Under the pieces are notes generated by a model. It was not told where the DNA came from. It did no database searches and worked only from the letters and a program-made list of their open reading frames with translations. Below, piece after piece: positions 58,217-64,000 of a stretch of 64,000 nt of DNA; position 1 is the stretch's first letter, and the number at the start of each line of letters is the position of its first letter. The stretch covers positions 252,061 through 316,060 of the forward strand of contig JAVKIH010000002.1 of the NCBI GenBank assembly GCA_031459625.1, given 5' to 3'. This DNA is from Candidatus Geohabitans tengchongensis. Lineage in GTDB: Bacteria > Sysuimicrobiota > Sysuimicrobiia > Sysuimicrobiales > Humicultoraceae. A program made the position numbers and the translations under genes.

Positions 58217-58507
58217 CTACGATTGAAGTCTCCGCACAACCCTCCGGAATTCCCGTCGCCATTCAGCAAGCGACCGGCGGGATCCGGCCATCTCACTGAG
58301 GAGGTCGTCGAGGAACCACTGTCGCGTAACTCGATGGCGTGGAAAGTCAATCCCCACAGCCTTGATTGAATAGTAATCAGAATAGTCTAGGAAGACGTAG
58401 CCGAGTAGTTGCCATAGATGTTCCTGCTTCACTGGTCGTTGCATCCTGGTGCGAAGTGTGGTAACGAGCTGTGGGCAGAGGACATGCTCCCTTTTCGTAA
58501 GTGACAT
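58217..58507 (-). CDS. Low-GC hypothetical ORF in a foreign-looking segment
   Basis: 96 aa; A/T-rich codons unlike neighbours; no recognised motif. Confidence 0.35.
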   Translation of the reverse strand: MSLTKREHVLCPQLVTTLRTRMQRPVKQEHLWQLLGYVFLDYSDYYSIKAVGIDFPRHRVTRQWFLDDLLSEMAGSRRSLAEWRREFRRVVRRLQS

Positions 58508-58544
58508 GACCGGTCTCGACTCGTAAATCAGACAGCCCCGGGGC

Positions 58545-58690
58545 TCATTCTTGTCTATCTACCCGCTCTCGGTTCAGCACCGTGGGATGTCCCAGTACTT
58601 CCAGCCGTCGACGTTGAGCCACCGGTACCGCCACCCGCCCCAGGTGCCCCAGGAGCCGTACACGCCGGCGTCTGCCGCCCGGAGCGTCTG
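58545..58690 (-). pseudogene. Frameshifted remnant of a small aromatic-rich protein
   Basis: Minus frame GVYGSWGTWGGWRYRWLNVDGWKYWDIP, continuing in another frame as TVLNRERVDRQE*. Confidence 0.4.
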
Positions 58691-58702
58691 GGGAGGAAGC
58701 GC

Positions 58703-61132
58703 TCACCCTGCCCGGATCTTCAGGGTCTCGCCGAGCGCGCGGAAGGCGGCGGTCCACCGCTCGGCCTCCTCGGGGGGCAGGTGCTCGCTAATCCGCGGGG
58801 CGACGCTCTGCAGCAGCTCGTAGTAGCGGTTCTGGGTCTGCCAGAGGTTGATGAAGCAGGGGAGGCGGACGAAGAGGGCCGCGGTGTCGGCGACCCGGGC
58901 GAGCGCCTCCAGGTCGGCCGGGGAGTGGCGCAGGGCGTCCACAAGCGCCTCCAGCGTGCGCTGCGCGGCGAAGCCCAGCTCCCCGGCGTGCTCGGCGCTC
59001 CCGTCCAGCGACACCCCCCACGCCTGGGCCTCCCGCACCAGCGTCTCGATGCGCCCCAGGTCCGGCGGCACCTGGGCGAGGGCACGGGCCAGGTCGCGCC
59101 GCAGGACGAAGTGCAGGGCGGTGCGCAGCGCATCGGGCAGCGGGGTGTGGAGGTCGCGCAGGAAGGCCATGAGTGGGGCGTGCTGCTCGTAGATGCGCCG
59201 GTAGTGGCCTTCGGCGTCCTCCAGCGTGGCGTCGAGGACCTGCTCCAGCACCTTCCGCCGCTCGTCCTTGAAGAGGTGGCGCAGCCCGTAGGTGCCTTTC
59301 GGGAAGGCCTGGTCGATCTGCCGGATGACCTCCGGCAGGTCGCCGCGGGCGAAGGCGGCGCGCAGGGCGGTGAAGGCCTCCGCCGTGGCCTCCTCCGGGG
59401 CGGAGCCGACCCCGCCGTGCACGTTGTGGTCGCCCAGGTGCAGCACCGCGTAGGCCAGGGTCTGCGCCTCCCAGGTGATCTCCGAGATCACGCGCACGCG
59501 CCCCACCGCCAGGCGGGCGCGGCCCGCCGTCTCCACCTGCCGGTCCTCCTGCTCCACGGTGAAGGCGGCGATGCGGGCGCGGGGCGGGTACTCCTGGAAG
59601 AGCGCGCTCACGGCGAAGTGGGCCACCACCTGGGGCAGGTCCACCTGCGCCGGGGCGACGAAGCGGCGGTAGACCTCGCGGCCGTCCCCCAGTTCGGGGA
59701 GGTTGCTGCGGGCCGCGGCCAGCCGCTCCAGGAAGGGCTCCTCCAGGTGCAGGTCGAGCACGTCGGCGGCGAGCTGCAGGGCCCGGGCGGCATACTGCAG
59801 CACCTGAGTCGTCTCGATCCCCGACAGCTCGTCGAAGAACCAGCCGCAGCTCGTGTACATCAGCATGGCGTGGCGCTGCAGCTCGAGGAGCTTGAGGGCC
59901 CGCACCTGCGCGGCGTGGTCGAGGGGGGCGCGGGCGTGGCGGGCGAAAAAGGCCTCCACGCTGCGCGGCGAGCGGTCCAGGATCACGCTGATGTAGTCGT
60001 CGCGCGCGGCCCAGGGGTCGCGCAGGAGCGCCCCGGCCGCCTCGGCGTAGTGCGGGGCCAGCGCGTCGCGCAGCCAGTCGAGCGCGTCCCGCAGCGGGCG
60101 CCGCCACGCCTGGGTCCACCCCGGGTGCATCCCCGTGTTGCAGCCGCAGTCGCTGCGCCACCGTTCCACCCCGTGGGCGCAGCTCCAGGAAGTGTGCTCC
60201 ACGATCTCCACCTGGTGCTCGGGCGGGTGGGTGGCCAGGTAGGCGGCGTAGTTGGTCAGGCGCGCCCACCCCTGCTCCCGGATGAGGTGGAGGGCGTAAG
60301 CCAGGGCCATGTCGCCGAAGCGGTGGTGGTGGCCGTAGGTCTCGCCGTCGGTGGCGATGTGGGCCAGCTGGCCCCCCGGGCGAGTGTCGTTGAAGATGCT
60401 CAGCAGGCGCTGCGCGAAGGCCTCGCCGCTGCTGAGCAGCCGCTCGAAGGCCACCGCCCGCGAGACCGGCCCGTCGTAGAAGAAGAGGACGATGCGCCCG
60501 CCCCCCGGCAGGCGGCACTCGTAGGGCCGCGTGGGGTCGATGCGCCCGCCGCTCACGTCGCGCCAGGGCCGCCCGAGGCGGCGGACGCGCCGCGCCTGGT
60601 GCGGGGCCAGGATGGTGAAGCGGATGCCCTCGGCGGCCATGAGCTCGAGGCTCTCCAGGTCGACGGCCGTCTCGGGGAGCCACATCCCCTCGGGCCGCCG
60701 GCCGAAGCGGTGCTCGAAGTCGCGGATGCCCCAGCGGATCTGCGTGGCCTTGTCCCGCCGGGTGGCGAGCGGAAGGATCATGTGGTTGTACGCCTGGGCC
60801 AGGGCCGAGCCGTGGCCATCGAAGCGCTCGGCGCTCACGCGGTCCGCCTCCAGGATGGCGGCGTAGACCTCGGGCGCCGCCGTCTCCATCCAGGCCAGCA
60901 GGGTAGGACCGATGTTGAAGGAGATGCTGGCGTAGTTGTTCACGATGGCGCGGATGTACCCCTGGCCGTCGAGGATGCGGGAGGCGGCGTTGGGGGCGTA
61001 GCACTCCGCGGTGATGCGCTCGTTCCAGTCGTGGTAGGGCGCGGCGGAGTCCTGCAGCTCGATGGTCTCGAGCCAGGCGTTCTCCCGCGGCGGCTGGTAG
61101 AAGTGGCCGTGCACGCAGAGGAACCGCTCCAT
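58703..61132 (-). CDS. GH57 family / DUF3536 domain glycoside hydrolase
   Basis: HGHFYQPPREN, GMWLPETAVD, ATDGETYGHH, SWSCAHG, MYTSCGWFF. Confidence 0.93.
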   Translation of the reverse strand: MERFLCVHGHFYQPPRENAWLETIELQDSAAPYHDWNERITAECYAPNAASRILDGQGYIRAIVNNYASISFNIGPTLLAWMETAAPEVYAAILEADRVSAERFDGHGSALAQAYNHMILPLATRRDKATQIRWGIRDFEHRFGRRPEGMWLPETAVDLESLELMAAEGIRFTILAPHQARRVRRLGRPWRDVSGGRIDPTRPYECRLPGGGRIVLFFYDGPVSRAVAFERLLSSGEAFAQRLLSIFNDTRPGGQLAHIATDGETYGHHHRFGDMALAYALHLIREQGWARLTNYAAYLATHPPEHQVEIVEHTSWSCAHGVERWRSDCGCNTGMHPGWTQAWRRPLRDALDWLRDALAPHYAEAAGALLRDPWAARDDYISVILDRSPRSVEAFFARHARAPLDHAAQVRALKLLELQRHAMLMYTSCGWFFDELSGIETTQVLQYAARALQLAADVLDLHLEEPFLERLAAARSNLPELGDGREVYRRFVAPAQVDLPQVVAHFAVSALFQEYPPRARIAAFTVEQEDRQVETAGRARLAVGRVRVISEITWEAQTLAYAVLHLGDHNVHGGVGSAPEEATAEAFTALRAAFARGDLPEVIRQIDQAFPKGTYGLRHLFKDERRKVLEQVLDATLEDAEGHYRRIYEQHAPLMAFLRDLHTPLPDALRTALHFVLRRDLARALAQVPPDLGRIETLVREAQAWGVSLDGSAEHAGELGFAAQRTLEALVDALRHSPADLEALARVADTAALFVRLPCFINLWQTQNRYYELLQSVAPRISEHLPPEEAERWTAAFRALGETLKIRAG

Positions 61133-61176
61133 GCTCTACTCCTGCACCGCCTCCCCGCGTGAGGGGCCGGCTCGCC

Positions 61177-63147
61177 TCATCGGCCCGCCTGGGGCGGGTG
61201 CACCAGGAAGAGCACCCCCAGCGGCGGCAGGGTGAGGCTCAGCGACTGCGGGTGGCCGTGCGCGGGGACCGGCTCGGTCTCCACGCCGCCCAGGTTGCCC
61301 ACGTTGCTCCCCCCATAGAGGGCGGCGTCGCTGTTGAGGGCTTCCCGCCACCGCCCCGCCCGGGGCACCCCCACCCGGTAGCCGTGGCGCGGGACCGGGG
61401 TGAAGTTGCAGACCACGGCCGCCACCGTCTCCCCGCGGCGGTCGAAGCGCAGGAAGCTCAGCACGCTCTGGTCGGCGTCCGAGGCGTCGATCCAGCGGAA
61501 CCCCTCGGGGTCGCCGTCGAGCTCGTGCAGGGCCGGCAGGGCCCGGTAGAGCGCGTTGAGGTCGGCCACCCAGCGGGCCACGCCGGCGTGGCGCGGCAAC
61601 CCCAGGAGGTGCCAGTCCAGGCTCGTAGTGTGGTCCCACTCGCGCCGCTGGCCGAACTCCCCGCCCATGAAGAGCAGCTTCTTGCCGGGCTGCCCGTACA
61701 TGTAGCCGAAGAGCAGCCGCAGGTTGGCGAACTGCTGCCACTCGTCGCCGGGCATGCGCTCCAGCAGCGAGCGCTTCCCGTGCACCACTTCGTCATGGGA
61801 GAGCGGCAGGACGAAGTTCTCGTTGAAGGCGTAGAGCATGCGGAAGGTGAGCTCGGTATGGTGGTACTTCCGGTGGATGGGGTCCCGGGCCATGTACTGG
61901 AGGGTGTCGTGCATCCACCCCATGTCCCACTTCAACCCGAACCCCAGCCCGCCCAGGTAGGTGGGGCGCGAGACCATCGGCCAGGCGGTCGACTCCTCGG
62001 CGGTGGTCTGGACGTCGGGGAAGGCCTGGTAGACCTCCTCGTTGAGCCGGCGCAGGAAGTCGATGGCCTCCAGGTTCTCCCGTCCCCCGAAGACGTTGGG
62101 CACCCACTCCCCCGGCCGCCGCGAGTAGTCCAGGTAGAGCATCGAGGCCACCGCGTCCACGCGCAGCCCGTCGGCGTGGTAGCGGTCGAGCCAGAAGAGC
62201 GCGCTGCTGATCAAGAAGCTGCGCACCTCGTTGCGGCCGTAGTTGAAGATGGCGGAGTGCCAGTCGGGGTGGAAGCCCTTCCGCGGGTCGGCGTGCTCGT
62301 ACAGATGCGTGCCGTCGAAGTAGGCCAGCCCGTGGGCGTCGGTGGGGAAGTGGGAGGGCACCCAGTCGAGGATGACGCCGATCTCGTGGCGGTGGAGCGC
62401 GTCCACCAGGGCCATGAAGTCCTGCGGGGTGCCGTAGCGGCTCGTCGGGGCGAAGTACCCGGTGGTCTGGTAGCCCCAGGAGCCGTAGAACGGGTGCTCC
62501 ATCACCGGCAGGACCTCGACGTGGGTGAAGCCCAGCCGCCGCACGTGCTCCGCCAGATGCGCCCCCAGCTCGCGGTAGGTGAGCCACCGCCCGCCTTCCT
62601 CGGGGACGCGGCGCCAGGAGCCCAGGTGGACCTCGTAGATGGCCACGGGGGCCCCGAGCGCGTTGCGCCGCCGGCGCTCCCCCATCCACGCCCCGTCCCC
62701 CCAGGGGTAGTCGAGGTCCCAGACGATGGAGGCGGTGCGTGGCGGGATCTCGTGGTAGGTGCCAAAAGGGTCGGCCTTGTCGACGCGGTAGCCGCGGTAG
62801 CGGGAGACGATGTGGTACTTGTAGCGCTGTCCGCGCCCCACCCCTGGCACGAACCCCTCCCAGATGCCGGAGCGCTCGCGCGGCCGCAGGGGGTGCCGGG
62901 CGGGGTCCCACCGGTTGAAGTCGCCGATCACGCTCACCTGCTCCGCGTTGGGCGCCCACACGGCGAAGTAGGTCCCCTCCTCGCCGTCGACGCGCATGCG
63001 GTGGGCCCCGAGCTTCTCGTAGAGGCGGAAGTGGCTCCCTTCGTTGAAGAGGAAGAGGTCGTCGGCGCTGAGCCGCGTCACGTCGTAGCGCACCGGTGCG
63101 GCGGCGGCCTCCGCCGCGCCGCGGCCCGGGGTGCTCTCCTGGCTCAC
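61177..63147 (-). CDS. glgB: 1,4-alpha-glucan branching enzyme (GH13)
   Basis: [47 protein letters not shown]. Confidence 0.97.
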   Translation of the reverse strand: MSQESTPGRGAAEAAAAPVRYDVTRLSADDLFLFNEGSHFRLYEKLGAHRMRVDGEEGTYFAVWAPNAEQVSVIGDFNRWDPARHPLRPRERSGIWEGFVPGVGRGQRYKYHIVSRYRGYRVDKADPFGTYHEIPPRTASIVWDLDYPWGDGAWMGERRRRNALGAPVAIYEVHLGSWRRVPEEGGRWLTYRELGAHLAEHVRRLGFTHVEVLPVMEHPFYGSWGYQTTGYFAPTSRYGTPQDFMALVDALHRHEIGVILDWVPSHFPTDAHGLAYFDGTHLYEHADPRKGFHPDWHSAIFNYGRNEVRSFLISSALFWLDRYHADGLRVDAVASMLYLDYSRRPGEWVPNVFGGRENLEAIDFLRRLNEEVYQAFPDVQTTAEESTAWPMVSRPTYLGGLGFGLKWDMGWMHDTLQYMARDPIHRKYHHTELTFRMLYAFNENFVLPLSHDEVVHGKRSLLERMPGDEWQQFANLRLLFGYMYGQPGKKLLFMGGEFGQRREWDHTTSLDWHLLGLPRHAGVARWVADLNALYRALPALHELDGDPEGFRWIDASDADQSVLSFLRFDRRGETVAAVVCNFTPVPRHGYRVGVPRAGRWREALNSDAALYGGSNVGNLGGVETEPVPAHGHPQSLSLTLPPLGVLFLVHPPQAGR

Positions 63148-63163
63148 GCGCGGCGCCCTCCCT

Positions 63164-64000
63164 TCACGCGTCGCCCTCCTGGCTCACACGACGCTCCCCC
63201 CACACCCCGCCCTCCAGCATGTCGAGGATCCCGCGGGCCGGGATGCCGGCCCACCCGGGGCGGTGGTCGAGTTCGTAGCCCAGCTCGTAGATGGCCTTCT
63301 CCACCATCAACACCTCCAGCAGCGCCTCCCGGGCGCCTTTCGGCGGCAGGATCGGCGGGAGGTCCGCGGGCGCCCTCTCCGCCACCGTCAGGTATCCGTC
63401 GAGGAAGGCCCTGGCGCTCTCTGCGGCCCAGCTCCTCGCCCGAGCCGGCACCTCCTCGGGGAGCACGACCCCGCCCTCCGCTCCGCTCCCGGCGGGGCCT
63501 CCGCGCCCGGCCTCGCGCAGGGCGACCTCGGCGGCATAGTGGAAGGAGCGGACCATCCCCGCCACGTCCCGCAGCGGGAGGTCCTTGCGGCGCCGCTCCG
63601 CCAGCGGCCGCGCCGGCTCGCCCTCGAAGTCGATGAGGACGAAGTCGGCCGGCACCTCCGGGGTCACCAGGACCTGCCCGAGGTGGTAGTCGCCGTGGAC
63701 GCGCGTGCGCACCCCGCCGGCCGGGAGCGGGCGGCGCAGCCGCTCCCGTACGGCGTCGGCGCGCGCCAGCAGCGCCCGCACCGGCACCTGCGCCGACGGC
63801 GGCAGCTCCCCCAGGTGCCGGCGGGCCTGGGCCAGGACCCGGTCGGCCAGGGCTGCGACGCGCCCGAGCAGCGCGCGGGCCTCGGCGTCGGTGAAAGGCT
63901 CCGGGCTGAAGGCCGGGTCGGTCCCGCCGGCCAGCGTGAGGTGCAGCTCCGCGGTCCGGCGCCCCAGCCGCGCCGCCTCGTCCGGCCAGGCCCGATCCGC
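63164..64000 (-). CDS. Maltokinase / TreS C-terminal phosphotransferase domain (5' partial)
   Basis: [43 protein letters not shown]; frame runs off the window edge. Confidence 0.88.
   Translation of the reverse strand, partial: ADRAWPDEAARLGRRTAELHLTLAGGTDPAFSPEPFTDAEARALLGRVAALADRVLAQARRHLGELPPSAQVPVRALLARADAVRERLRRPLPAGGVRTRVHGDYHLGQVLVTPEVPADFVLIDFEGEPARPLAERRRKDLPLRDVAGMVRSFHYAAEVALREAGRGGPAGSGAEGGVVLPEEVPARARSWAAESARAFLDGYLTVAERAPADLPPILPPKGAREALLEVLMVEKAIYELGYELDHRPGWAGIPARGILDMLEGGVWGERRVSQEGDA

Overview
High-GC bacterial chromosomal window with about 58 densely packed genes. The lineage is uncertain; SLH-anchored proteins and gene order suggest a Terrabacteria member such as an Armatimonadota/CSP1-3-like organism (inference only). 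Most of it is housekeeping: pth-rplY, the rpmE-prfA-prmC-tsaC-rpiB-upp-dCMP deaminase block, rho, transaldolase, argS, nagZ, htrA, accDABC, Pit phosphate uptake, and glycogen/maltose genes (malQ, GH57/DUF3536, glgB, maltokinase-like). No rRNA, tRNA, CRISPR array, transposase or prophage was seen. Best observations: (1) an ArsC/LMW-PTP arsenate reductase whose catalytic P-loop Cys codon is an in-frame TGA followed by a SECIS-like hairpin, i.e. a probable selenoprotein that the ORF track splits, divergent from the Pit operon; (2) a compact methyltransferase / FAD oxidoreductase / SRPBCC cyclase / KAS II operon with no ACP or chain-length factor, a candidate phenolic-lipid or polyketide pathway; (3) a stand-alone promoter-SD-14-codon ORF-terminator RNA with an occluded ribosome binding site; (4) a LysR-linked peptide-utilisation island lacking ABC ATPases and carrying an ANKH-like MOP transporter; (5) a perfect 34-bp palindrome and GAAC/GTTC array upstream of a DUF2089/DUF4097 operon; (6) frequent leaderless-type promoters and several decayed gene remnants.
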